This document shows, piece after piece, positions 50,667 to 58,919 of a stretch of 64,000 nucleotides of DNA. Source of the DNA: a virus; IMG/VR virus record IMGVR_UViG_3300044825_001572, positions 12,730-76,729 of that record, one strand, 5' to 3'. A program made the position numbers and the translations under genes. The number at the start of each line of letters is the position of its first letter. Position 1 is the first letter of the stretch. The notes below the pieces were generated by a model. The model ran no database searches and was not told where the DNA came from. It saw only the letters and a program-made list of their open reading frames with translations.

Positions 50667-51611
50667 TCAAGGGATAGTCGTTGAACCTTCCTCAAGTATA
50701 CTTGAGGCTTGGCTGCTGATTGCCTTGTGTAATATGTTTAAATACTTTTGTTTATCTTTGAGAGTTCTATCTTTATTAATATCTTTGGAATGAATAACAA
50801 GAAAAATATGATTATATCCAGAAAGTATAGTATATTTATTTTTGATAATATTTTCTTGATATCTAATGTTAAAAGTATATTCACTTTTAACCTCAATAAT
50901 CAAATTATCAATCATTATATCTGGATAATATTTTCTATTATTTGGTAAAGTTATTCTTGGAACATCTTTACCAATTTTAATTGAAGATATATCTACAATT
51001 TCAGCTAAAAGATTTAAAGCTATGTCTTCATAACCTTGAACTTTAAATTCTCTCCCAGATATAATAATGCTTTTGTTAGCATTTTTATATGGAGCATCAA
51101 TATAAGAACCATTTTTTATTCTTGTTGCAACTGATTTAGAAACTAAATCTTTTACATCTTGTTGGGTTCTACGTTCCCATTGTCTTTTAGCTTTTTGAGA
51201 AAAATAATCATCTCCATAATTTCTTTTAAGAGATGATACTCTTTTTCTAGCTATATCCAAAATTTCTTTATCACTTTTAGAAGCCATAGTAGCATTACGC
51301 TTTTCCAAAGATTTTAGTAATTTATCTCTATCATTTACAAATCGTTCTTTAACTGCTTTTTTATGATTCTCATTTTTAACAGAACAATTACTACAACAAT
51401 ATTGTTTATAGCCAAGTCTTAAACTGTTAAATCTAGTTGGAGATTTACAAGTTTTACATTTTCCTGCTTCTCCAAGATATTTCAAATAATAATCTTCGGC
51501 AGTTATTGGAACTATTCGTAGATAATTTAATAAACCTCTTAAAGTTGGATAATATGTGTTGTTTATAGCACAATAATATCCATTTTCATCTTGTAAATGT
51601 ATCTTTTCCAT
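50667..51611 (-). CDS. Intron-encoded putative homing endonuclease (Cys-rich Zn-finger + PD-(D/E)XK)
   Basis: CKTC..YCCSNC N-terminus; VQGYE...YYPDIMIDNLIIEVKS catalytic motif; 3' end reads through the intron Q and R elements. Confidence 0.8.
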   Translation of the reverse strand: MEKIHLQDENGYYCAINNTYYPTLRGLLNYLRIVPITAEDYYLKYLGEAGKCKTCKSPTRFNSLRLGYKQYCCSNCSVKNENHKKAVKERFVNDRDKLLKSLEKRNATMASKSDKEILDIARKRVSSLKRNYGDDYFSQKAKRQWERRTQQDVKDLVSKSVATRIKNGSYIDAPYKNANKSIIISGREFKVQGYEDIALNLLAEIVDISSIKIGKDVPRITLPNNRKYYPDIMIDNLIIEVKSEYTFNIRYQENIIKNKYTILSGYNHIFLVIHSKDINKDRTLKDKQKYLNILHKAISSQASSILEEGSTTIP

Positions 51612-51641
51612 ACTCGTGTATTCACTTCACAAGTATTTATA
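51610..51641 (-). promoter_or_regulatory. Late promoter TATAAATA plus RBS/AUG-sequestering hairpin of the intron ORF
   Basis: TATAAATA at 51634-41; AUACUUGUG (51628-36) pairs with CACGAGUAU (51610-18), covering GAG and the AU of AUG. Confidence 0.75.
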
Positions 51642-51727
51642 AAGTTTTAATTTATATTACCTTTAGGGTTTCCAGCAATTAACGGAGTTTTCACTATAAA
51701 TTACTTTATAGTGCCGCTTACAATCAA

Positions 51728-52017
51728 ACGGGACACTTACGTCCAACAGTAGTGGGACAATTTTCAATGAACCACTGACCTCCTGGACCTTGGAATGCGT
51801 GACTAAATGCTTGGACATATTCATCTTCCCAATCAGCACCGGCAGGTAGAAAGCGAATAACTGCATATCCAGTTTCGGTTTTCTTATTTAGTGTGGGTTT
51901 CCAGAAGCGTTCATCATCTCCTTCCCTAATCCCACCATTAAGTTTTTCAACTTGTTTAATGAGTTTTTCAGTAAGAGAACCCATTTTTGATTTCTTTTTA
52001 AGATTTTCAAAGCTCAT
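51728..52017 (-). CDS. gp32: Single-stranded DNA-binding protein gp32, exon 1
   Basis: MSFENLKKKS..DDERFWKP..GYAVIRFLPA..HAFQGPGGQWFIENCPTT.GRKCP(V). Confidence 0.92.
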
Positions 52018-52094
52018 TTGTGTATCCTCGTATAAATCGTGTGTTGGCCTTTATGGATTAGCTTAATTTTGGTGGATTTCCTAGCCACTTGGAT

Positions 52095-52123
52095 ATTCTA
52101 TCACATATCCAACATTTTAGCAA
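52095..52123 (-). promoter_or_regulatory. Sigma70-type promoter for gp32
   Basis: TTGCTA-17 nt-TAGAAT. Confidence 0.6.
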
Positions 52124-52433
52124 GTCCTTCAATGGTCTTCTCTAAAGTGTTAAAGAAGTCTTCAGTATTTGCATCTTTTACAACACCAAACATCCTGGCA
52201 TTGTTCATTATCTGTTCCCTTACATCTTTAGCTTCAGGATCATCACTTAAAGTCATTCTAAAAAATAATATTTTTTGCTTCTCAAGAAAGTCTTTCATTA
52301 ATTGGAGATGTTCTTTCTTTTGTTCTTTAGTCATATATGGAAGATACATAACTTGCTGAATAAGTTCTTGCTGCATATCAGCAAGCTCTTCCATATTTTC
52401 TCTTACAATTCTTGAGCTAAAAAACTCACCCAC
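52101..52433 (-). CDS. Conserved cyanophage protein (DUF1825-like)
   Basis: FFSS.IVR.E..E...LEKQK....R..LSDDPEA. Confidence 0.7.
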   Translation of the reverse strand: MGEFFSSRIVRENMEELADMQQELIQQVMYLPYMTKEQKKEHLQLMKDFLEKQKILFFRMTLSDDPEAKDVREQIMNNARMFGVVKDANTEDFFNTLEKTIEGLAKMLDM

Positions 52434-53019
52434 AAACTGTCTCCTTCATTATTTGAATATATTTTTCAATATTTATTTGTAAAAATGGAGAATATTTTTT
52501 TATTCTCAAACTTAAATTTTCCCATACTGGGTCAATTAGAACTTTATCATATTGTTTAGTAAAATTAAAAATTTTATTTAAGATTACTAAAGTTTCTAAT
52601 GAAATATGTTTTTGTAAATACTTTTTAATTAATTGAGAATGCTGACTATTTTTACACTCCATAAACTCATTTAAGTCTTGGTGAGAAATGAATACTTCTA
52701 GTTCAGTTTTAAAATTATAGAATAAACTTTGATTGTATTTTCTCCATTTAGTATAAACTTCCTCCCCATCTTTCATTAAATCTGGAATATAAACTCCTTT
52801 TGGGTTTTCTGTGTAAACAAAGTTTGAAATAAAAAATTCTTTTATTTCTTGTTCTGTTTTCTTTCTAGAAAGCCTCTCGAAAAAGTATCGGTCTTTGCGT
52901 CTATTGTAAGTTTCTATTGAAGCTCTAGTTTTCCAATTATATTTAAAAACATCATAACTGGGTTTAGTAAAATGTGATTTAATAACTAAAAACAAATGAT
53001 AAGTTTCATAAGGACTCAT
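52426..53019 (-). CDS. gp59: Helicase loader
   Basis: YET Y..FL.IK.HF....YD..KY; RKDRYFFERL; ISLETLVIL. Confidence 0.85.
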   Translation of the reverse strand: MSPYETYHLFLVIKSHFTKPSYDVFKYNWKTRASIETYNRRKDRYFFERLSRKKTEQEIKEFFISNFVYTENPKGVYIPDLMKDGEEVYTKWRKYNQSLFYNFKTELEVFISHQDLNEFMECKNSQHSQLIKKYLQKHISLETLVILNKIFNFTKQYDKVLIDPVWENLSLRIKKYSPFLQINIEKYIQIMKETVCG

Positions 53020-53282
53020 ATTAAAGACTTAGTTTTTGATTTTGATGTTCGCTTTAAAAAATTTAAATTCTCTGCATTAATTTTTAACCTTTCCTTTAAA
53101 GGTTTTGATAGAAGTTTAGGAACTGTTTCAAGTTCAATTTCATTTTCTTCACAATAAGAAACTATAGCTTCAATATAATTACAAGAATTATTTTTTACAT
53201 AATTTTCAATTTCTAAAGAAAACTTTTCTGCTGATAGAAATTTTTTCTCAATAATATTTTCAACAATTGTTTGATTAACCAT
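53016..53282 (-). CDS. gp33: Late-promoter transcription co-activator
   Basis: FSLEIE; YIEAIVSYCEEN.IE.E.V.KL.SKPLKE.L...A..LNFLK. Confidence 0.85.
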   Translation of the reverse strand: MVNQTIVENIIEKKFLSAEKFSLEIENYVKNNSCNYIEAIVSYCEENEIELETVPKLLSKPLKERLKINAENLNFLKRTSKSKTKSLI

Positions 53283-53937
53283 TTTCTCTAACGTAATGTT
53301 TAATGTATTTTATTAGTAATTTAATATAAGTTTCGATGTCTGTTTTTTCATAAACAGCAAGTTCTCCATTTTCGCAACTCATTATGATAACAAACTTTTT
53401 AACTTCCATACCAGTAAGTTCTTTAAGCATAAAAGCATAAGCACAACACTGGACAAAATAATGCTCCAACCATCCTTCCGGTTTTGGTTTTTTAGAAGTT
53501 TTATAATCAATAATAGCTAATTGACCTTCATATTCAGCAACCAAATCACAAGTTCCAGCAATACCTAGATAATCACTATACATTCCAAGTTCAATACCAT
53601 AAATCTTTCCAATTTTATCTAAAGCTGGTTTATTTACTTCAAATAATTTTTGAGAGATTTCTGGAACTGTTGGTAGTGAAAGATTTTGAAGATAACATTC
53701 ATTTAATGTGTGTAAGTCTGTACCTCTAGTAGTAGCAGCTTTTGTAATTTTATCTGCTTCTTTATTACCAATACGCCTACGCCATTCAACAAATTTATCT
53801 TTATTAAAGTAACTTGTGATTGTTGTAATTGAGATGTACTTTTTTTCTCTATCTTTTGGATTAAAGTAGAGACGTTTTTCCCCAATATGTTCCCTTTCAA
53901 GTCTAGGAAGTTCTAGTGGTTCATAAGTAAATTTCAC
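53275..53937 (-). CDS. PD-(D/E)XK exonuclease
   Basis: SITT; WRRRIG..EA..I...A..RGT..H; IAGTCD; IIDYKTS; YFVQ..AYA. Confidence 0.8.
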   Translation of the reverse strand: MKFTYEPLELPRLEREHIGEKRLYFNPKDREKKYISITTITSYFNKDKFVEWRRRIGNKEADKITKAATTRGTDLHTLNECYLQNLSLPTVPEISQKLFEVNKPALDKIGKIYGIELGMYSDYLGIAGTCDLVAEYEGQLAIIDYKTSKKPKPEGWLEHYFVQCCAYAFMLKELTGMEVKKFVIIMSCENGELAVYEKTDIETYIKLLIKYIKHYVRENG

Positions 53938-54689
53938 AGATTAAGTTCTCTCTTAGCTAGAATAAATTCCTTAACTAACCCCGATCTACATATATCATCA
54001 ATTCCAAAATCCAATATTTCAAATGAAGGCATAATCTGTAGAATTCTCATAAAATCATGAATTCCATTTTTCTCATTTGTATTGATTAAATCCGTTTGTT
54101 CTGCATCTCCAGAAAAAATAATTCTACAGTTTTCACCCACACGAGTAATAATTGAATCTAATTCATGGAAATTCAAATTAGCAAATTCATCGACAATAAT
54201 TACACAGTTATCAAAAGTTAAACCACGAAGAAAGGAAGTATTATAAAACTTAATTGTTTTTTGTGATTTTAGATTATCATACAGCATATCAAAATCAGCT
54301 TCACTTGGGAGCTGAAACATATACTTTACCATATTACGATATACAGTTTCATAATATCCCTGCTTTTCAGTCTCGTTTCCAGGCATAAAGCCAATAGATC
54401 TAGTTTGAACTAATGATCTTACAACATAAACTGTGTCTTTATCACTATATTCATTAAAAACTTCTTGAAGTGCCTTGTAAATACTAATAAATGTTTTTCC
54501 ACTTCCAGGTACACCATGAGCTACTAAATGTTTATCATTATCATAAGCATCAAAAAATTTTTTCTGGGTTTCTGTAATTGGCTGAATATCTAACAGAAAT
54601 TCTTTTCCAATAGGCTTTTTCTTTTTATTATTTTTTGTAGTTAGATTATCAAAATCAATTGCAGTTTCGTTATTTTTCCTACGAGGCAT
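53934..54689 (-). CDS. phoH: PhoH family ATPase
   Basis: GVPGSGKT; RSLV..R.IGF.PG; TSFLRG.TFD...IIVDE; TRVG...IIFSGD..Q.DL. Confidence 0.92.
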   Translation of the reverse strand: MPRRKNNETAIDFDNLTTKNNKKKKPIGKEFLLDIQPITETQKKFFDAYDNDKHLVAHGVPGSGKTFISIYKALQEVFNEYSDKDTVYVVRSLVQTRSIGFMPGNETEKQGYYETVYRNMVKYMFQLPSEADFDMLYDNLKSQKTIKFYNTSFLRGLTFDNCVIIVDEFANLNFHELDSIITRVGENCRIIFSGDAEQTDLINTNEKNGIHDFMRILQIMPSFEILDFGIDDICRSGLVKEFILAKRELNL

Positions 54690-54696
54690 AATTTTT

Positions 54697-54936
54697 TTAT
54701 AGTGGTTTTACATTACTTCCAGGGACTGACCCAGTTTTTTTGAGGATTTCATTCCATCCGGGATGTTTTGAAGTTAGCTTATCTCTCCAATCTCCCACAT
54801 CAAAAGCATTAACTTGTGTTGGAATGAGTGGTTTGAGATGTGGATTTTCTTTTAAGTATGGCTCTTTTTCCGCCATATACATCCACTTTTCAAATATTTC
54901 TCCAGTCTCTGTATTTTCAAATCTGTAAGTAGGCAA
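54697..54936 (-). CDS. FmdB-like small regulatory protein
   Basis: MPTY.F.N.ETGE..E...YLKENP; GWNEILKK...PGS. Confidence 0.65.
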   Translation of the reverse strand: MPTYRFENTETGEIFEKWMYMAEKEPYLKENPHLKPLIPTQVNAFDVGDWRDKLTSKHPGWNEILKKTGSVPGSNVKPL

Positions 54937-54961
54937 AATATCCCTCCATCACTTGTTGTAT

Positions 54962-55162
54962 TTATTCTAATGTTATTGACGATGCATCATCACATTCAAC
55001 GCAATCGATGCACCTATCAATACTAGGATTGCATTTAAGATATTCTTGAAGCTCCTCTTCTGTAAGAAGAATTTTGAATACATGACCAGTATTATGATCC
55101 TTTAAACACCAACTTTTCATATTTTTACGGGGATAGCTTTGCTCTATGTAGACGCTTATCAC
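54962..55162 (-). CDS. Hypothetical protein (true start probably MKSWCLKD)
   Basis: ORF track; Cys-rich C-terminus. Confidence 0.5.
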   Translation of the reverse strand: MISVYIEQSYPRKNMKSWCLKDHNTGHVFKILLTEEELQEYLKCNPSIDRCIDCVECDDASSITLE

Positions 55163-55877
55163 AATAATACTTCCAGACGTGTGGTGCCCATCGTTCTAGA
55201 TGTGGTCCAATCTGTTCACATAGTGCTTGAATTTCCAATTGAGCATCCATCTTACCCCGCAAATCAATAAAATGTAAAACTGAACGAAGATTAAACGAAA
55301 CTACAAAGTTCTGTCGAATTGCTTGGGCTAGATAATCACGAATGTGTTCTTCACACATTCCCTTTTCATATTTTACTGCATATCTTTTACAACCTTCATA
55401 AATGAAATCTAGCTCATCGTTATAATCTTCTAAAGTCCATTCATATTTTTTACCGTAACGATTGGTATAAAATCCTGGAGGGCGGACATAAAAAACATCA
55501 TCTGGAGTTAATTCCCCATTAGCAACTTTAATTACCCTTTTTCCAGTATATCGTTGAGATTGAACATCAAATGTAATTCCAACCCTATGGGTCCTTGCTT
55601 GCATCGCAACATTGTGAACATATCCAGAAACTGAAAGTGTAATTGCTGGGTGTTCTAGGGGACCCCAATGACCTTTATCATTAGATAGCAATCTATCTAC
55701 AATCCATTCTCCACATTTAGATGGTGTTGGAATTTCTTGTTCATGAATAGGAATTTCACTATAATCACATTTTGCTGCTTGATAAACAACTTGCTCTGGA
55801 ATAGAATAACACTGGAGAACTTCTACTTGAAGATTATTATCAAATTCTAGTAGATTTTTTGCATTTACTGGTCTCAT
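55125..55877 (-). CDS. thyX: Flavin-dependent thymidylate synthase
   Basis: GHWGPLEH; QARTHR...FDVQSQRY; EEHIRD..Q; NLRS.LHF.DLR....AQLEIQ. Confidence 0.9.
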   Translation of the reverse strand: MRPVNAKNLLEFDNNLQVEVLQCYSIPEQVVYQAAKCDYSEIPIHEQEIPTPSKCGEWIVDRLLSNDKGHWGPLEHPAITLSVSGYVHNVAMQARTHRVGITFDVQSQRYTGKRVIKVANGELTPDDVFYVRPPGFYTNRYGKKYEWTLEDYNDELDFIYEGCKRYAVKYEKGMCEEHIRDYLAQAIRQNFVVSFNLRSVLHFIDLRGKMDAQLEIQALCEQIGPHLERWAPHVWKYYCDKRLHRAKLSP

Positions 55878-55878
55878 A

Positions 55879-56037
55879 TCAATTACCAAATCCTTTACTA
55901 GTTAGTTTACGATATTCTTTAAATTGTTCTTCTAGATTAGAAAGCTCTTTTTTCATATAAACAAGTTCTTCTGTAGAATACAGATGTTCTTGATTTAATG
56001 CTTTACGAAGGAGTTTTAACATCTTCTTTTCTCTCAT
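55879..56037 (-). CDS. Small conserved cyanophage protein (52 aa)
   Basis: Manual translation: MREKKMLKLLRKALNQEHLYSTEELVYMKKEL...KGFGN. Confidence 0.65.
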   Translation of the reverse strand: MREKKMLKLLRKALNQEHLYSTEELVYMKKELSNLEEQFKEYRKLTSKGFGN

Positions 56038-56039
56038 CA

Positions 56040-56183
56040 TCATTCCTCAAATACTTCATCATAATCATCATAAACAAGATTGAGATGATTATTTTTAATC
56101 TTAACTTCGGATACTTCTTCTTTTAATGCTTGGAGAAGTAACTCCATATTTTGTATAATAAGTTTTACTTTTTCTTGGTTCAT
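56040..56183 (-). CDS. Small conserved cyanophage protein (47 aa)
   Basis: Manual translation: MNQEKVKLIIQNMELLLQALKEEV...DDYDEVFEE. Confidence 0.65.
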   Translation of the reverse strand: MNQEKVKLIIQNMELLLQALKEEVSEVKIKNNHLNLVYDDYDEVFEE

Positions 56184-56204
56184 TAATTAATAAACTCTTT
56201 TATA

Positions 56205-56245
56205 ATTATAACATAAAAAAAGAGAGAGGTCAATCCTCTCTCTTT
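56205..56245 (-). terminator. Terminator overlapping a sigma70 promoter
   Basis: AGAGAGAGG/CCTCTCTCT stem plus T-run; TTGACC (56228-33)-17 nt-TATAAT (56205-10). Confidence 0.75.
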
Positions 56246-56378
56246 AAAGTTAAAAGTTTTTCGAAGAAATCTATCAAATTAATTTTATAGCAAGACCAAT
56301 ATTTTACTCCACGATAAGTAAGTAAATAGCAGGCTGGCTTGCGGTCATCAAAATCTTCAGTATGATAGATTACTTTAA

Positions 56379-56480
56379 TCACGCTACTTGAGGCTTTTTA
56401 GCCATATTTAGTTCTGCATTATGCAGTTTTAATGTCTTTTTATTTTTATTCTTAAGGTATTGAACGAATTTAATTTTCAT
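56379..56480 (-). CDS. Small basic peptide (33 aa)
   Basis: MKIKFVQYLKNKNKKTLKLHNAELNMAKKPQVA; GGAGG RBS; TAATG overlap with the upstream gene. Confidence 0.55.
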   Translation of the reverse strand: MKIKFVQYLKNKNKKTLKLHNAELNMAKKPQVA

Positions 56481-56608
56481 TACTTAACCTCCTTTACAAA
56501 TTTTACTCCACGATAAGTTTCATTATATTGTTGAGGTTGTTGTTGCATTTGTTGTTGAACACGAGTTTCTTTATCGTATTCAACACCTCTATAGACAATT
56601 TTAGTCAT
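56480..56608 (-). CDS. DUF4278-family small protein (42 aa)
   Basis: MTKIVYRGVEY...TYRGVKF with two YRG motifs; AAGGAG RBS. Confidence 0.8.
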   Translation of the reverse strand: MTKIVYRGVEYDKETRVQQQMQQQPQQYNETYRGVKFVKEVK

Positions 56609-56637
56609 TAGGTTGCTCCTTTACTATAAGTAAATTT

Positions 56638-56686
56638 GCGTTGCTTCTCCTAATGGATACTTCCGCTGGTTTTACCAGTCAACGAT
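56638..56686 (-). ncRNA. glnA-type glutamine riboswitch
   Basis: AUCGUUGA-CUGG/CCAG-CGGAAGUA-UCC/GGA-GAAGCAACGC: P1 CGUUG/CAACG, three-way junction and E-loop AGUA/GAA. Confidence 0.85.
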
Positions 56687-56692
56687 GTAGGT

Positions 56693-56741
56693 ACTATAGC
56701 ACCTACACCTATCTAGGTCAAGAAGTGTATTAATTGATACA
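56693..56741 (-). promoter_or_regulatory. Sigma70 promoter with upstream NtcA-like box
   Basis: TTGACC-17 nt-TATAGT (56693-56721); TGTA-N8-TACA at 56726-56741. Confidence 0.6.
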
Positions 56742-56777
56742 GTTTTTAGTATACTATTGATACAATATTATAAATCT

Positions 56778-57071
56778 TTATCTTTTCTTTTTATTTTCTT
56801 TAGGAACATAATCATAACTTTTTGGATTTACTGTTCCATCAGTCCATTGTATTCCTTTAACAATCCCAAAGTTATCGTAATAATAATCAAATAATTCCAC
56901 TTTGGTACCTCTTGATATATCATAAACCAAAGTATCATTTTTTATATAAGATACAAGATAACTATCTCTAGGAAGTTTTTTATCTTTTGCCAATTCTGGA
57001 TCACATTCTTGATGTAGTATAATCATTTTATCAGCGATTTTGTTCCCAAACAATATCAGTATATGCTTCAC
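56778..57071 (-). CDS. Conserved cyanophage protein (true start probably MIILHQECD)
   Basis: ECDPELA.DK.LP..SYLV.Y; FDYYYD; WT.GTVNPK. Confidence 0.65.
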   Translation of the reverse strand: MKHILILFGNKIADKMIILHQECDPELAKDKKLPRDSYLVSYIKNDTLVYDISRGTKVELFDYYYDNFGIVKGIQWTDGTVNPKSYDYVPKENKKKR

Positions 57072-57690
57072 TAACTAACTCTTTAGTTATTTGATATTTT
57101 GTTTGTAGGTTTTTATCTTTTACTAGACACATAATTTCAGCATCTAGTGGATGTAGACCTTGAAGCATTTCAATGAACATACTCTCCCTACGAAGAGAAG
57201 TAAGGTTAGCGTTTCCAGGAATACCAGAACGTGATTTAACAAAGTTAATTAGTTTTTCATATTCTGTACGAAGTGAAGTATGTCCTGTCCTAATTTTTTC
57301 TGTGTAACCTACAGATGGATTATCATAGAATTCCATCTTTTCAACTTCTTTTTGAATATGGTCACTTACAGTTCCACTCTTTACTAAATCTTCTCCAACA
57401 GTAGAGTATGGAACCTCACCTTCAGGAAGCATTGAAATTACATTATCGTCAAAATTCCAAATAAAAATAGTTTTAAGAGATTGATGTTCGTATTTTTTTA
57501 GAATTTCAAGTTTTTTATCTTTGGTGGAAACTTTATTCACAAGTTGTAAAATTTCAAAAACAAAAGGATTGGGAGGAAGTTCAAGAGAAACTTCCTCTTT
57601 TACTACTTTAGGTTTTGCTGCTGATTTTCTTGCTACTGGTTTTCTTTTTGTAGTGGTTTTCTTTTCATCAGAAACATTAGATACAGTCAT
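57031..57690 (-). CDS. Conserved T4-like protein (DUF6433-like)
   Basis: LPPNPF.FEIL; WNFD..V.S.LPEG.VPY; RRESMFI.ML.GLHP.DA. Confidence 0.7.
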   Translation of the reverse strand: MTVSNVSDEKKTTTKRKPVARKSAAKPKVVKEEVSLELPPNPFVFEILQLVNKVSTKDKKLEILKKYEHQSLKTIFIWNFDDNVISMLPEGEVPYSTVGEDLVKSGTVSDHIQKEVEKMEFYDNPSVGYTEKIRTGHTSLRTEYEKLINFVKSRSGIPGNANLTSLRRESMFIEMLQGLHPLDAEIMCLVKDKNLQTKYQITKELVSEAYTDIVWEQNR

Positions 57691-57722
57691 AATTATAAAA
57701 AATAAATTTTAGTTATTTAGAG

Positions 57723-57995
57723 TTAATCTTCATCATCATCCTCATCTTCATCATCTTCAAATAATGAGCTATATTCTTCTACAAAATCTTCATACATTCC
57801 AGGATGAATTGAGACTGCTACAACCTCATCAGGAATTAAGTCGCCATCTTCATTAAAAAATTCTGGGTGTAGTGGATTAATTTTAATTGGTCTAGTTGTA
57901 TCAAGATAATTTTTTAAAACCCACCCACCCATTACACCAACAATCAAAAATAATACCGACAATAAACAAAATATAGTAAGTTCTGTGGCTAACAT
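57723..57995 (-). CDS. Small membrane protein
   Basis: N-terminal TM segment; HPEFF.EDG..IPDE. Confidence 0.65.
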   Translation of the reverse strand: MLATELTIFCLLSVLFLIVGVMGGWVLKNYLDTTRPIKINPLHPEFFNEDGDLIPDEVVAVSIHPGMYEDFVEEYSSLFEDDEDEDDDED

Positions 57996-58198
57996 TTTTC
58001 CGCCTCCCGAGAGTTGTTTTTAGGTCTAATTACAAACTCTACCTTAAAACAAAATTCTCTACTTAAAAGGGAGAATATCTTATTCAGGTAGAACTTGTAG
58101 AATACAGGTTCATCTTGTTCCTTCTTATCCTCCCCTTTATAAAGTAAAACCTCAAGACCACGATTTCTTTCTTGGTCACTATTATTTATTTGACTCAA
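57989..58198 (-). CDS. Hypothetical protein
   Basis: ORF overlaps both neighbours in operon fashion. Confidence 0.55.
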   Translation of the reverse strand: MSQINNSDQERNRGLEVLLYKGEDKKEQDEPVFYKFYLNKIFSLLSREFCFKVEFVIRPKNNSREAEKC

Positions 58199-58443
58199 AT
58201 CAACTTCTGCTCCTGTAAATACTTAATTGTATCTACACATCCTCCAATTTTTTTATCATTTATGATAACCTGTGGAAAAGTTGAACCTTCGCCAAATTCT
58301 GCAATAAATTCATCTCTAGTAAAATTTGTATCTAATTCATAGATAACAACTGGAAATCCTTTTGATGATGATAAATGCTCTAGAACTTTTTTAATTCTAT
58401 CGCAATACGGACATAGTTTTTTGCTATAAACAATAAAATTCAT
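58195..58443 (-). CDS. nrdC: Glutaredoxin
   Basis: CPYC; TFPQV; IGGC. Confidence 0.88.
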   Translation of the reverse strand: MNFIVYSKKLCPYCDRIKKVLEHLSSSKGFPVVIYELDTNFTRDEFIAEFGEGSTFPQVIINDKKIGGCVDTIKYLQEQKLI

Positions 58444-58452
58444 AGGTTTAAA

Positions 58453-58827
58453 TTAAATCATAGATGGAACTTTTCTTGGGCGATAAACTACCAATTCATT
58501 TTCGGCAATTTGATTTTGCCAATTGATAATAGCAGATAATCTTTCTGTTGTAAAGAAATCTTGAGTTAGATACCAATCAGACCATTTTTGATGTCCTTTG
58601 GAATTATTACAATCTTTACAAGCACAAACTAAATTTGTAATCCTGTCGGTTCCTCCTTTAGAGCGAGGAGTTATGTGATCTAAGGTTAAATTTTCTTCAC
58701 TTCCACAATAAGCACATTGATAATTCCAATGTTCTTTAATTGATTGTCTCCATTTTCTTTTAGCTTCTGCACTTGTTGTTGCCTCTAAGTTGTAAAGTAA
58801 TTCTTTTGAACTTTGATAGAGTAGCAT
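58453..58827 (-). CDS. HNH endonuclease
   Basis: CAYCG..LTLDHITPRSKGG....NLVCAC..CN..KG; late box at 58849. Confidence 0.88.
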   Translation of the reverse strand: MLLYQSSKELLYNLEATTSAEAKRKWRQSIKEHWNYQCAYCGSEENLTLDHITPRSKGGTDRITNLVCACKDCNNSKGHQKWSDWYLTQDFFTTERLSAIINWQNQIAENELVVYRPRKVPSMI

Positions 58828-58919
58828 TCGTTATATGCAAACCTAAAATATTTAGAGTTGCTTTTAGAGTAATTGCTATATATTGAAATTCTTCTTTGTA
58901 GCTAATATCTCGGTCCCTC

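Larger units (their letters stand above)
50530..51727 (-). mobile_element. Group I self-splicing intron (IA2-like), 1198 nt, in gp32
   Basis: P AATTGCTGGAAA (51669-80), Q AATCAGCAGCC (50711-21), R GTTCAACGACTA (50675-86), S GATATAGTCT (50599-608); P1 CCGU/GCGG with the U.G pair; terminal G at 50530. Removal restores CCC GTT TGC (P-V-C) and a 306-aa gp32. Confidence 0.93.

Noticed and set aside
50530-51727. Intein or IS insertion in gp32
   Set aside because: There is an in-frame stop right after the insertion point, no terminal repeats or transposase, and clear group I P/Q/R/S elements.
51663-51866. 67-aa ORF or frameshift rescue of gp32
   Set aside because: It is an alternative frame running into intron P2-P4; splicing explains the gene cleanly.
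53275-53937. Cas4/CRISPR association of the exonuclease
   Set aside because: It is a standard cyanomyovirus core exonuclease between phoH and gp33, with no Fe-S Cys cluster and no array.
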